A DNA stretch of 64,000 bases from Octopus sinensis (GCF_006345805.1 NC_043004.1:60450001-60514000); one strand, 5' to 3'; positions 25,241 to 38,622 are shown, counted from the stretch's first letter. Notes: generated from the letters alone by a model not told the origin. Program-made: numbers and translations.

Positions 25241-25413
25241 CGTAAGGGGGATCAGCCATCTGAATGTGGCTAGGGACAGGGCGGGGTGGTGGGGGTGTTA
25301 CTGATGCTTTTAGCCCCAAGCGATCATCAACGTCACCAGAAGGGCTAACACCATCTCAGTGTCTTTGTTTGCCTGCAAAGAGAGGTCATCCTCCCTCGAA
25401 GATACGAATACTA

Positions 25414-25456
25414 CATACGGACCGGTTTCGAGGTCATTGCCTCTTATCAACGCATG
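25414..25456 (-). ncRNA. Type-I hammerhead ribozyme, U3-A8 variant
   Basis: Minus: catgcg TTGATAA gagg caatga cctc GAAAC CG GTC cgtatg. Confidence 0.82.
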
Positions 25457-25744
25457 GTAAGGACCGCTCTTCGCTGAAGGATTCCCTCTACAGGCAACAT
25501 ATATAAGGTTTTTCACAGTAACTACTGTCACTGATGTAGAAAAACTGTCTGAAAAGAATATGATCGCCTGGGGCTAAAAGCATCAGTAACACCCTTACGT
25601 TGTCGAGCAGTTACTGTTTATATCTCGTTCAGAGATTTATTATTGTTTTCAGACAGTTTTTCTACATCAGTGACAGTAGTTACTGTGAAAAACCTTATAT
25701 ATATTGCCTGTAGAGGGAATCCTTCAGCGAAGAGCGGTGCTTAC

Positions 25745-25787
25745 CATACGTTGATAAGAGGCAATGACCTCGAAACCGGTCCGTATG
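25745..25787 (+). ncRNA. Type-I hammerhead ribozyme, U3-A8 variant
   Basis: catacg TTGATAA gagg caatga cctc GAAAC CG GTC cgtatg; cleavage predicted at 25781/25782; stem I extends through a TAC/T internal loop (ggtgct/agtatc). Confidence 0.85.
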
Positions 25788-26009
25788 TAGTATCCGTATC
25801 TTCGAGGGAGGATGACCTCCCTTTACAGGCAAACAAGGACACTGATATGGTGTCAGCCCTCTGGTGACGTTGATGATCGCCTGGGGCTAAAAGCATCATT
25901 AACCACCCTCAACCACCCCGCCCTGTCCCTAGTCACATTCAGATGGCTGATCCCCCTTACGTTGTCGAGCAGTTACTGTTTATATCTCGTTCAAGATTTT
26001 TAGTTGTTT

Positions 26010-26071
<62 letters not shown>

Positions 26072-26912
26072 TATATACGTGTGTGTGTGTGGTGTGCTTT
26101 GTGGCAGTGTTTACCACCACCGACTATCAAACGGTGTCGGATCCTTTAACTTCCCGTATAGTAGAGGTCCACCATAAAAAATCCCGATGGAATTAGTACC
26201 AGGCTTTAAATATTTTTTACCGTTGTCGTTTCATTCGAATAAAATTCCTCAAAGCTGTCCCAGCATGGCCGCATTTAAATGACCGGAGGAAAAAAAAGAT
26301 GAGAGATAGATATACATACGCATGAGTGTTCGTATGTTTTTTATGTGCGTGGGTAAGTGCGTGCATTTATGGATTTTTTTTCTCTGCGTATATGAGCATA
26401 TGTGTGTGTTAGTGTATGCGCAGGAAGTGCATTTCATTGGATAACAATCAGCAGAAAGATAATCCCTCCCTCTAGCCAGAACTACTACTAAGGCTATAAA
26501 TACTTCATGACATCAGTGACATCACCGATGCCATAATTACAACCACCACATTCAGCAACATCAACAACGAGTGCAGCTATGATGCCAATGACAATTGTGT
26601 CACCATAGCAATGGCAGTAGACTTGCCCTACAAAAAAGATAAAATAGACGTTACGAGTTCCAAGTAATTTTTACGGCTACAGTTTATGCATGACACAGCA
26701 AATTTGGATGCAAATGTAGTTGAATAAAAGATATAGAAGCGCTGCACGTAAGAATATTATAGCTTTTGTATGATGGATAGCCATGGATCTCATTTCCGTT
26801 ATTTTATTATACATAAACTTACATTCATATATTCATATACGCGCAGATGTATGAATCTATGTATGTATGATCATGTGTGTTCATGTACATATTGTATGTG
26901 TGTATTATATAT

Positions 26913-26962
<50 letters not shown>

Positions 26963-26968
26963 CATATA

Positions 26969-27008
<40 letters not shown>

Positions 27009-27489
27009 TGTATAAACAGTTATAGGTTTGTTTGCACGCGTAACTTAATATACTTATATATCTGTCTTCACATTTAAGTATACGTATATATATGTGTGTG
27101 TATATGTGCATGTGTGTTTGTGTGCGTGCGTCTGTGTGTGTGTATAGAACTAAATAAACTGGAAGTATAGACACCATTTCGAAACTATCACAGTGCGTTC
27201 GCCCTAAGGAAATATAGCTTATACGAAAGGAAATTAAATAAAATGCATGTTGGTAAGATATTACAATTGGAGAGTAAAAGAGAGTAATCTGGGATGAAGA
27301 AGAAGCATGATACATTTAAATGCCCGCATACATACATGAACACTTGTATACATACATACGTACATACATACATATATACACACAAAGACACACATATACA
27401 GGATTATATGTGTACAGGACGTGGGGGGCGTGATTGGAATGCTTAGATAGTTATGTATATATATATTTATAATATATAATATACACATG

Positions 27490-27542
<53 letters not shown>

Positions 27543-27789
27543 AGAGACAGAGAGAGATAAATAGATAGATAGACAGATTGATAGATATATAGCTAGCTAG
27601 ATAGATAGATGGATAGATAGATTGATAGATAGATACATAGATACATAGATAGATAATAGATAGATATATAATATAATATAATATAATATATATATATAGA
27701 TAGATAGATAGATACATACATACATACATACATACATACATACATACATTCATATATGTGCATAGGATGTCGCGAACGATGCAAATAGT

Positions 27790-28100
27790 ATGCAATAGGT
27801 AAAAAACGAGAAGAAATGGTAAACAGGACAGAGAAAGGAGACTTCATCTGTTGTCAGCTGCCTATCTACTCCTCATTTCGAGCATTCAATGACAATAGGA
27901 GTCTTGTAAGACAGTCTCTCCCATAAATTCTAAATTAAAATTTTGGATTTGTGGAACAAAAATATGGCAGTGGATACATACACGGAAAGTGAACGAAAAC
28001 AAACATGGCGGGTCATTAGACCAAACGATAGGAAAATAGTGAACGCTGGGAGAAACATATTTTGGGAAAGAGAAAAGCCTGAAGGGAGAGAGGGGGAAAA
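27790..28100 (-). mobile_element. Repeat family I, diverged
   Basis: aacaggacagagaaaggagacttcatctgttgtcagctgcctatctactcctcatttcgagcattcaatgac matches 1330-1420. Confidence 0.6.
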
Positions 28101-28435
28101 ACACGTCACAAAGTGCAGGAAAAGAAAGACGGACGATGCTCACGTGTGCGCAGTGAGAGAAAGAGAGAGAGAAGAGAGAGAGAGAGAGTGGGAGAAAAAG
28201 GGAATTAGAAAAGGATGGTGGAAGAAGACAGTAGAGAGTAGAGAGTCGCATCAGAAAGGTGAAGATGCACATTCTTGGAAATGGATGCATCGTGTTTAAT
28301 TAAATTATAAATAAAAAATAACGGTGGAAATATCATGGAACACGCAAAGAAAGGATTTAAATACGTAAACAACTAGAAAAAATAACTAAAATCGGGCAAC
28401 TAAAAACAGAGAAAGGACTCTTCATCAGATGTCGG

Positions 28436-28489
<54 letters not shown>

Positions 28490-28509
28490 TATATATATAT
28501 ATATATATT

Positions 28510-29260
28510 CGGTTAAGTAATTGAGATTCTAGTGATTTCTAAAGAATTCACATGAATGTGGTCCTTAACTAGGATGCACCGGAAATCTATATGGTGTTAA
28601 CCATACGACAAGTGGGGTGGGTGATTACAAATAGGAAAAAAGCAACAAGAATGGATTATTAAAATCTCGGTACGATCGTTTCGTACGAGGACATCTTTAA
28701 TAAGCTACAAAAAATGCAGTGAATACAGATGGCTCGTACTCGTCAGCCGAAAAAATATCAGAGAATTCCCAAACATCAAAAGGGGTAGATACAAAAGCAG
28801 TTGTAGGATTAACTGCATTGAAGAAAGTTCGATTCATGGAGATCCGATGAAAGGTTTTAAACCTATAGAATTTATGCATGTCTACATATAGCTCATATTG
28901 AATATTTGATCAAGTTGTATGAAGAAATTTTCGGATACAGTCATGCAAAATTTCTGAAAATCCGAGTAAGAGGCAAAGTGACTGCCATATCATGTAGAGG
29001 AAAGTCTGAGTAAAAACAAAGTGACTGTCATATCGTGTAGAGGAACAGATGTTATTGAAATTTATAAGAATCGCAGAAGATAAGTTCGATTTTTTGGAGA
29101 TCCGATTGAAAAAGTCTTGAACTTACAAAATTTGTGTATGTCCTTATAGTTCATAATCCAGTTTTGTGGAGAGATTTAGGGTACAATCATGCGAAAAATC
29201 AGGGAATCCGAATGAGAAGCAAAATGACAGTCTTATATTGTAGTGGTTCAGGTTGTTAAT
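28510..29260 (-). mobile_element. Repeat family H
   Basis: Shares its terminus ..atgtggtccttaactaggatgcacc..ggggtgattacaa..agcaacaagaatgga with 7800-7900; extent beyond about 28760 is approximate. Confidence 0.6.
28667..28750 (-). ncRNA. Type-I hammerhead ribozyme with long stem II
   Basis: Minus: tcgg CTGACGA gtacgag..(insert)..ctcgtac GAAAC GATC GTA ccga; 7-bp perfect base of stem II. Confidence 0.85.
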
Positions 29261-29830
29261 GAAATTTTCAAGAATCACAGAAAGAGGAGGAAGGAGGTAG
29301 GAATTTAATCAGTTACTGCTATTTAAGCTGTCAAAGAGAAAGGAAAGGGGAAGCTAAGGGGATGGGCAATATTTGATACTAACAAAAAAGTCTAAGTTTG
29401 TTTAGAACAAAATTCGAACTGAGGTCAACAATTTATTTCTTTATTTATAAATGTTACTATTAATAGATTGTCAGGTTACAAAGAGGTCATTAGAAAGGAA
29501 AGAAAAATGGGGTTGTTTTTAAATGAAATTAAACAATTATATTATTATTATACTATACTATAATACACTACACTATATTATATTATATTATTTTGATATA
29601 TTATATCACATCACAATACACTACGATAGATCTGGGATTAGCAGAATTAATTTTTAAAGTGTAAAAGAAATTAAGAGATTTAACTAACTAATATTTGTAA
29701 TGGGATAAAAAATCGACTAAGAAATGGAGATAAAAATAGAGCAAAATTTAATTTATTAATAATATGGTCCAATAGAAATGAATCAAATAATTTAAGTCAA
29801 TAAGTATTAAATAGTACCATCAGAGAGATG

Positions 29831-30596
29831 GTGTGTGGCATCCGCTTCTTGGGGAATGATCTCCCTTTGCAATATAGAGGACGCCGTGATGGCGTCGGCC
29901 TATCTGGTGACGTTGATGTTCGCCTGGGGCTAAATGCAACAGTGACACCCCCACCACCCTGCCCTGTCCCTAGCCATATTCAGTTGGCTAATGTTCCTTA
30001 TATTATGGAGCAGTCACTGTCTATATCTCATTTAGAGAATTATTATTGCTGTCGAACAGATTTTCGAAATCAGTAAATGTATTTACTTGAAAATCTTTAT
30101 ATATATCTTGCACGGTGAGTCGTTCGTCGAGAAGCGATGCCTACCACATGTTGATAATAGGCAATACACCTTGAAACCTAGGTCCGTGTGTGGCATCCAC
30201 TTCTTGGGGTATGATCTCCCTTTGCAAGATAGAGGACGCCGTGATGGCGTCGGCGTATCTGGTGACGTTGATGTTCGCCTGGGGCTAAATGCAACAGTGA
30301 CACCCCCACCACCCTGCCCTGTCCCTAGCCATATTCAGTTGGCTAATGTCCCTTATATTATGGAGCAGTCACTGTCTATATCTCATTTAGAGAATTATTA
30401 TTGCTGTCGAACAGATTTTCGAAATCAGTAAATGTATTTACTTGAAAATCTTTATATATATCTTGCACGGTGAGTCGTTCGTGAGAAGCGGTGCCTACCA
30501 CACGTGATGTTCGCCTGGGGCTAAATGCAACAGTGACACCCCCACCACCCTACCCTGTCCCTAGCCATATTCAGTTGGCTAATGTCCCTTATATTA
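29831..30596 (+). mobile_element. Retrozyme-like tandem array, 355-bp unit (about 2.1 copies)
   Basis: Near-identical direct repeats with period 355 (duplicated ORF ends at 30076 and 30431); HHR at the unit junction. Confidence 0.85.
30136..30197 (+). ncRNA. Extended type-I hammerhead ribozyme, U3-A8 variant
   Basis: gatgcc(tac)cacatg TTGATAA t-agg-caataca-cct-t GAAAC CTAG GTC cgtgtg(t)ggcatc; cleavage predicted at 30184/30185; stem II weaker than in the 25.7-kb copy. Confidence 0.75.
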
Positions 30597-30647
30597 TATT
30601 TATATATATATAATATATATATAATATATTATATATATATATACATA

Positions 30648-31531
30648 CGAGAGATCTGATCGAAAAGTGTCAGGACTCTTGCCTTAGTAACGATCTAAAA
30701 CATGAGGAGTGAAGCCAGTAGGCAGAAACCGACCTTGACCTCCATTATTCACGCGCATGAAATTTTATCGTTCTAGCTTACTTCCGCTGTTTACCGCAGT
30801 GCTTCATAGTAATGTATGTAGCGTGTAATCGTCGCATGAAGCATGAGAGAGAAAGTTGTAATGGCGACACCTGCTCAGAGACCTACACATTGTTGCAGAA
30901 AGTTTATGGAGAGGATAGTATGAGCCACACAAAAAACCACGAGTGGTTCAGACGTTTCCAAGATGGCCCAAAAACATATCGATATTGACGAAAATTCTGG
31001 GAGAAACACAACTAGTATTACTTAAAAAAAATATCGCTGTGAGGTGAAAATCGTCTAATCACTCACCATCCGTGAGTTATTAGAAGATGTAAAGATTAGT
31101 TACGGTTCAGTTCAGGCCATTATCACTGAAGATTTAGGTATAAGACGCGTGCCTGCCGAGTTTCTGCCAAAACTGCTTTCAGCTGACAAAAAAGCCACTC
31201 GGGTTTCAGTTGCACAAGTTTCTGAATGTGGTGAGATCGGTGAATCTTTATGAGAATTTTGCGTAGGCCTCTGTTTAGGTATCGCAAAGGTTTTGGCAAA
31301 ATTAGACTCAAAATCTCTGCTCAACTTTCTCTGTCGTTGTTACTGCGATGAACACACGCTACACACCTTCATTCCAAGCTCTGCTGTAAATAGCGGAAGT
31401 GAGCCAGAACGTTAAAACTTAGAGCAACTGCACAGCAGTGTTCAATGACAGTCTCTACCAAGCGGTTTTACACTGCTTGCTTTACCTTCGTTACTATGGC
31501 AACAACCAGGATACGTATTGATCAGAGCACG
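30648..31531 (+). mobile_element. Mariner-like element, internally deleted and degenerate
   Basis: TA on both flanks; imperfect TIRs (cgagagatctgatcgaaaag / tattgatcagagcacg); subterminal IR; ETYTLLQKVYGE..HEWFRRFQDG..TIRELLEDV..DLGIRRVPAEFLPKLL. Confidence 0.8.
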
Positions 31532-31550
31532 TATATATATACATATATAG

Positions 31551-31591
<41 letters not shown>

Positions 31592-31956
31592 TACATACAT
31601 ATATATATACATATATCTATATATTCTATCTCTCTCTCTATATATATATATATAGAGAGAGAGAGATAGATAGATATATATATAGGCGAGCTCGACACAA
31701 ATGAGTTAGTGGGAAGAAGCAGCGATGGACAATAAAATTAATAGAAAAAGTATTCTTCTTTATGGTTTCACTATGAAAGACACATCAAATCCTGATTTAT
31801 GTTATGAACCCATGTATGTGAATAGATGCAAATATGTCTGGATATATGAGTATTTGTATTTCGTTATGTATATTTTTCTGTGAATGTGTTTAGGCATGTA
31901 TGTTCAAGATACATACGTACATACACACACTCTTCTGACACTCACGTATACACATG

Positions 31957-31992
<36 letters not shown>

Positions 31993-32896
31993 ATATATAT
32001 ATTATATATATATTATTATATATATGTATACATATACATATATATATATCATATATATGTTTTGTGTATGTATATGCATTTATGTGTGCTTGTATGCGTA
32101 TGTATATACGTGTGAGTACTTGTGTGTATACGTGCCTATGTACATATGTGCCTGTGTGCGTTTTAGAATGGCACACTTTCAACATCATTCGCAATATATA
32201 TATACTTAATACATTTGTGTAAATATTAAACCCACATATTTTAATGTGAAAGAAATATGACCGCTCTAATTGCGACCTGCAATCATACAATCATCTACGA
32301 ATCGTTTCCCATTAAATAACGGTCTCTGTCACTATTCACACATTTTCAGCTTTCCTAATGCATATATTGTTTTTATTATTATATATTCCATTCATTATTA
32401 GGCTCGTTAAAACGTAACCCTGTCCTTATTATGTAGCGTAAGCGTGCCGTGCAGTTATAACGATATCTGGAATGTGAATTGCCGTACTTGTATGTACATA
32501 CATACATACATACATACATACATACATACATTCATACATACATACATACATACATACATACATACATACATACATACATACATACATACATTCATACATA
32601 TATACATACATACATACATACATACATACATACATGTGTAAAACTATGTGTAAGCTTGTGTTCATGTGTGGGCACGCATGAGTGTGTATATGTGTGTATG
32701 TGCGTGCGTGAGTAAATATTTATTTATACAATATGTATGCATTCATTTATATAACTATATATGCGAATATTAGTTGGAGTTTGGTGGTGGGGTGCTCTAT
32801 GCAAGAGTATATATTCTTAATGGTTACGTCAGGGGATGGAGATGAGTTTGCTTCGTACACTTTTCCGGACCTTTAACATTCACATAATATATGTAC

Positions 32897-32934
<38 letters not shown>

Positions 32935-32970
32935 GTACATATATATATATGTCCATTATCTATTCATTTC

Positions 32971-33014
<44 letters not shown>

Positions 33015-33102
33015 CTGTCTGTCGTATATCTATTATATCTATCTATATATCTATCTATCTAGCTATCTATCTATTATCTATCTATCGATATATATATATA
33101 TA

Positions 33103-33180
<78 letters not shown>

Positions 33181-33639
33181 CTAGGGAAATGGGAGAGAAT
33201 AATAAAAGAAAATGTATATGCGTATATGAGAGACACGATTATACACCACTACGTACCTATGTTATACGCCTTTATATACGTATGTGTTTATTTGTGCACA
33301 CTGATGGGCATATTTATGTACTGCTGAATTCGCAGAGCGTTGTTCAAGTTCGTAATATCTTTTTGTAAACTCAGGTCAAATCCTACCAAGATGATATCTA
33401 CCTTTTGTATCTCCACCTTTGATAAATAACGTATCATTAAAGAAAGTTAGACTGACAAATGCATTAGAATATCACGCACTTTCTTTTTCAACATTTGTCC
33501 CATGAGTTTATGCTGGGAGTCGAAACCACACCGAACTCTTAGGAAACATAATATGCCGTCTGCTTTATCTTCTATACAGCTATACACACACACACAAACA
33601 TACACTCATACACAAACTAACATATATATATATTCTTTT

Positions 33640-33817
33640 ATTTGTTGCGGACCTGCTGGGGCACTACCTTATTCTTTGTAATCCTAGTAGTTATTTTATC
33701 GGTCTTTTTTTCGAACCACTTGGTTACGAGGACGTAAGCACACCAGCATCGGTTGTGAAGCAATGGTGGGGGAACAACCACAGATACACAAACACTCACA
33801 CCCACCCACACACACAG

Positions 33818-33863
<46 letters not shown>

Positions 33864-34080
33864 TCTCTTTTTTTCTCTCTTTGTTTCATTCATTTGACTG
33901 CGGGCATGCTGGAGCACCGCCTTTAATCGAGCAACTCGACCCCGGGACTGGAGCCATGTGGCCGTAGACGTGGCTGCGTGGTAAGACGTTTGCTTCCCAA
34001 CCATATGGTTCCGGGTTCAGTCCACTGCGTGGCAATTTGGGCAATTATATTCTACTGTAGTCTCGGGCCGACCATAGCCC
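33640..34080. mobile_element. SINE family B pieces in mixed orientation
   Basis: Minus body/tail at 33640-33930; plus head gtggctgcgtggtaagacgtttgcttcccaaccatatggttccgggttcag at about 33970-34080. Confidence 0.75.
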
Positions 34081-34177
34081 GATATTGACGAACGTTATTA
34101 CAAAAGACAGACGTATATATATATACATCTTAAACATATTGTTTAAATATTTCTGTTTAATTATTAAAATATTACAA

Positions 34178-34276
34178 TTAACCTGAAGATTGACTGTAAC
34201 CCTAATTTGAATTATTAATTGAATTTAAATTATTGTTATTCGAATTGGTTACGGGCATGAAACGATCGTAGAGTTT
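34178..34276 (+). ncRNA. Hammerhead-like motif with AT-rich extended stem II and weak stem I
   Basis: CTGAAGA ttgactgtaacc..ggttacgggcat GAAAC GATC GTA; stem I has only one clear pair, so probably decayed. Confidence 0.45.
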
Positions 34277-34582
34277 TTATATTAATATCTTATATTAAAC
34301 TTTTAATACTTTTTGATAGTTATATAATTTTTAAAAAAATAAAATAAAATAAAATAATAATAATAAATAAATATATATATATATATATATTTAACATTTA
34401 TAAGTTTAAATTATTTAAATAATTTTTAAAATTTTAACTTTAATTTAAATACTTTAATTTGGAATTTCATATTTTTTATATTTTATATTTTATCTTATTT
34501 TTTATTAATTTATTTCTATGTATTGGCTTATGATTTTCACTGTTTGATTTGCCTAGTAGTGGTTTTATCTCTAATGTAATAT

Positions 34583-34628
<46 letters not shown>

Positions 34629-35074
34629 TGTGTGTGTGTGTGTGTGGTGTGTGTGTGTGTGTATACAAAACATGGATATGGAAATAGCAAAGAAATAAGC
34701 CTAAGGCGTTTTAATTCAAGAGGGAATTTAATATTCATTATTTTAAAAATTATTTGAGAAAATTTTACTGGTTTCATTGATGAATCTCATCTTATGAGAT
34801 AGTACACAGTTATAAAAATTCGAAGTAAAAACAGTTTATTTTCTGTCTGGGGGAGCTTCAGTGTGGCTGCAGTCAAATGACTGAAACAAGTAAAAAATAA
34901 AAGTATATCTATAATTGTGCACGAAGAGGAGAGTGGAGTTATGTTCAAATCCAAAAGTTTTTTTTTATTGAAAACGTTTTCCACAACTGCTTCAATTGCA
35001 GCGCCACACATTACGCATCCTAGACGCTGCAATATCTTCAAGGGTCTTTCACTTACCACGTTTTCGAAGTGAAC

Positions 35075-35350
35075 TATATGTCTAGTTGCAGAGATACCCG
35101 GCCTTGCTCGGGATTAAAATGGCATAGTTTTTTTATTGTTTTACTTGTTTCAGTAAAGATGTAGTGAAAGCAATTGAAATGTAATTAAGATATATACATA
35201 TATATATATATGTGCATGTGTGTGTAGAAAGTCAAAGTTTTAATAGTGAAACCTATTAAAACTGGAAGTATCATCTCACATTACAATACAGATGTCATTG
35301 TTTCCCTTTTGACATGTAATACTGAAATACATTATCAAGGAATGTTGCTC
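35075..35350 (-). mobile_element. Helitron-like 3' fragment
   Basis: Minus: cccgagcaaggccggg hairpin followed by tatctctgcaactag. Confidence 0.45.
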
Positions 35351-35409
35351 AAGGAGCCGTTTTATGATGTTATGAACCTCATGTATGAAAATTTGCTCAA
35401 ATGATGCAC

Positions 35410-36070
35410 TTCAACACTTGGTGGTTAAAAGATGTTGCCGAAGGGATAAGATACGACATTCAAAGGCATTTTGGATCGATGTTAAGCTTCTGCCGCCTTG
35501 TTTTCGTTTTAGGTAGACACGTTCTAATTCACCGCTTATGAGGAAATTATGTGTGCGTGTTAGTATTTTTGGGATTTTCACATCTGATCTCATCAAATAA
35601 CCAGTCAAGCTGCCCAAATGTTGGCATGAATACTGGCACTGCAAGCACATTGTGGGCCACTGTTTTATTGAATGCAGAGAGTTCTGAAGTCCAAAGTTTC
35701 TTTATTCGGTGTAATATTTTTAGTGACACGTGTTTTATTACGGGGGACATTGTAAGACCCCTAGATACCTGTAATATTCGTCGTCAGATATAATGAAAAC
35801 AGTCAAATCATTGATGGAGATTTTGCTACTCTGGTTTACACTTTCCCCCTTTTCACAACCGTATAACGTCGTTTGTTCTGATCAAACTCTACCCCTACAT
35901 CTTTGAGAATGTTCTTTTTCTTCTCATTCATATTTTTTGCCTAAAGTTTCAAGTCATCCGAATAGAAACTGTATGTAATTTTGGTATTTTTGTTTGTAAC
36001 CAGTGAGATATCATTGAGGCTTTCTTAAATTAATGACAAGAGGTTTATAGGAAGTATAAACAGTTATAAA
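35410..36070 (-). pseudogene. R4/Dong-like LINE reverse transcriptase fragment, degenerate
   Basis: LFILPINLLS..FYSDDLKL*AK (YxDD)..GVEFDQNK..RIKKLWTSELSAFNK..HNVLAVPV..RVYLKRKQGGRSL. Confidence 0.75.
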
Positions 36071-36276
36071 CCAGTTATCTTTTTCTCTGTCTTCAAAACA
36101 CATGATATATACACAAACACACACATACACACATATATATATATATACACACAAACATATATAAACATATATCTCTATATGTGTATATATATATATAAAT
36201 AAATAAATATATATTTATATATGTATGCCTATGTATATACATATATATGTATGCATATATACATATGTACGTATAT

Positions 36277-36323
<47 letters not shown>

Positions 36324-36556
36324 GTAAGTATGTGTGTATGTATACATACATTAGCACGAATACATGCAGAACACACTGATACGTGTATCGACATTATAGA
36401 TACATTAAATACTGGACTCGGCACATCTTATAGTCTCCATATTCTGGCAATATTTCTTGTTATGCGTATAACTCACTGATACTTATATATGCTTCATCAG
36501 AAAACCACACACTGGAATGCAATAACACACAAACACACATACATACACAAACACAT

Positions 36557-36592
36557 TAGACAGACAGATAGACATGTAGGTAGATAGATAGG

Positions 36593-36648
<56 letters not shown>

Positions 36649-36670
36649 AAGATAGGTAGATAGATAGATA
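36557..36670. repeat. (GATA)n/(TATC)n tract, tail/target of the Tx1-like LINE
   Basis: Directly follows the element 3' end AATAAAGAAACA on the minus strand. Confidence 0.95.
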
Positions 36671-38620
36671 TGTTTCTTTATTAGCCACACAGGGCTGCAC
36701 ACAGTTAGAACAAATTACAAGGTAGAGCTTTTCTTTTGAAGGTTAAAAAAAAAAAAATAAAGGGGGGGGGGAGTTTCGATCAAAAAGGATCGTAAAAGGA
36801 GAGAAAGAGGACAAAAAAAGGGGGGTTAAAAAAAAAAAAGGGGGGGGAGGAAAAAATTGATCAATAGGGATCGTTATCACAGAAATGTCAATATGAAGTG
36901 TAAAGGGGAGGACAGGTGAGGTTTACCCGTGGAAAGAAAAGCCTACGGAAAAGACCACGGTAACCTCGGTCAATGAAGTCACATTTTATATTTCTTTTTT
37001 TTTTTTTTTTTTTTGCAAATAAGCAACACTCTGTTTTCGATTTCTGGGTTCATAGGACTATGCTCAAGGTGGCTTCGTCATTCATACGTGCCATTCTTGC
37101 TACATTCACCATCTTTTTTTAAAACATTCGCTAGACAAAACTTGCCTCTCTACTCTCACTTTCCTTTTCAAGTGGTACTTGAAGAAGTTGATGAGAGATT
37201 GACCAGAGAGGAAAGTGTTTGTCTCCAATCCTTTCACAGACGCGTCCACCAGATACATTCTTTCGCCATAGCCACAATGATGAAAATAGCTCTTCCTTCC
37301 CGTTTGAAGGAAGGAGGCGTGACAATGTTGACGATAGACTCAGCTGATAAACCGACTCGTCCCACACTGACAGCAGTTGTTCGACATAAGCCCACAGGTC
37401 GGAAATTGTTGGACACTGAACGAGTGCGTGCAAACGGTTTCGTCGCTCTGACCGCATCTCGGGCAGGTCGCCCCCGTGTTTCTCGAGCCGTGTCTGTAGA
37501 GCTTATCCCGAACGGGTAGCGCTTCTCGGTAGCATTGCCAGGCCAAGGGATCTCTGGAAGTTGTCCATGGCCCTGGCCCGAAAGTCGTCCCGACAGGCGG
37601 GTCAGGTACTCCTTTCGACGTCCAGGTTCGCCCCGAGCTCGTCGTCGTACCTCCCCTCCACTAAACCCCTATAGAATGCTTTGGTTGTGTTGAAGTCACT
37701 TAAGGTCGACCCAGGACGGCAGAGTTGCTTGAGAGCAACGCGACACTCGCGGTGCCATTCGCCCTTCCTCGGCCTCTTTTTGATCCACGACTGCAGTTCG
37801 GTCATGGAGACGATCTGCGGGAAAGCGTGCCTCACAAACGGCGACCACACCTGTTCACCGTCGTCTACATAGAGCCAGAGATGTCGCAGTCTCGCGTGTC
37901 TGCGCATCATCAACCAACCACGCATCCCAGCCCTCCTTTTAACGGGTGTTGACAGCAAATGGATCGCCTGACCATCGGGACGCATCCTTTCCACAAGAAG
38001 CGAAGAGGATGCGTTGTAGTTTGGTGATGGTAGGGTCGGGACAAGGTACGACGGTCAGGCGAGTAGATGAGGACGATGTACGTGTTCGCCACCTCCGCCC
38101 GACCTTTTAGGGACAGTTTCCTCTCGGCCCATTGCCGGGCGAGGGTGACCACCCTACTCGTTATCTCGTTCCAGTTCTTCTCCACTTGGAGGTCCGGACC
38201 GAACCAGACCCCGAGCAACTCAACCGGGCCGTCGTTCAGCGTCCCACGACGGAGGCGCTGGTGGACGGCATGGGCTTGCTTCTCCAGGTGCCTAGTCGCA
38301 AGCCCACTGACTTTTCCCGGTTGATTTTTCGCTCCTGTCACCGCTTCGTAGTTTTTCAGTGTCTCGCCGACCAGCTCGATGTGCTCGTGGCTAGACACTA
38401 TGACGGTGACGTCGTCCGCGTATGCAGACACGCTCGTCCCGCATCCCAATTCTCGCGGGATGCCCCTTAGAGTCGCCAGCTTCCGCAGTAGTGGCTCAAG
38501 AGTCAATACGTATAGAAGCGCCGAGAGGGGGCATCCCTGACGGACCGAACGTGCAATGTCGAAAGGTCTCGATAGATGTCCATTTACGCGAATTACCGAA
38601 CGGATGCCTCTGTACAAGGC

Positions 38621-38622
<2 letters not shown>
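36671..38622 (-). mobile_element. L1/Tx1-type LINE copy 1, 5'-truncated within RT
   Basis: LYRGIRSVIRVNG..SVRQGCPLS.LLY..EPLLRK..YADDVT; C-terminal CPRC..ET..H...C zinc knuckle; stop at about 37050; 3' UTR with AATAAA then (TATC)n. Confidence 0.92.

Larger units (their letters stand above)
25239..26010. mobile_element. Retrozyme-like HHR repeat in inverted configuration
   Basis: 25239-25555 (minus) is the reverse complement of about 25646-25961 (plus); homologous to the 355-bp unit at 29.8-30.6 kb; flanked by (TA)n. Confidence 0.8.
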
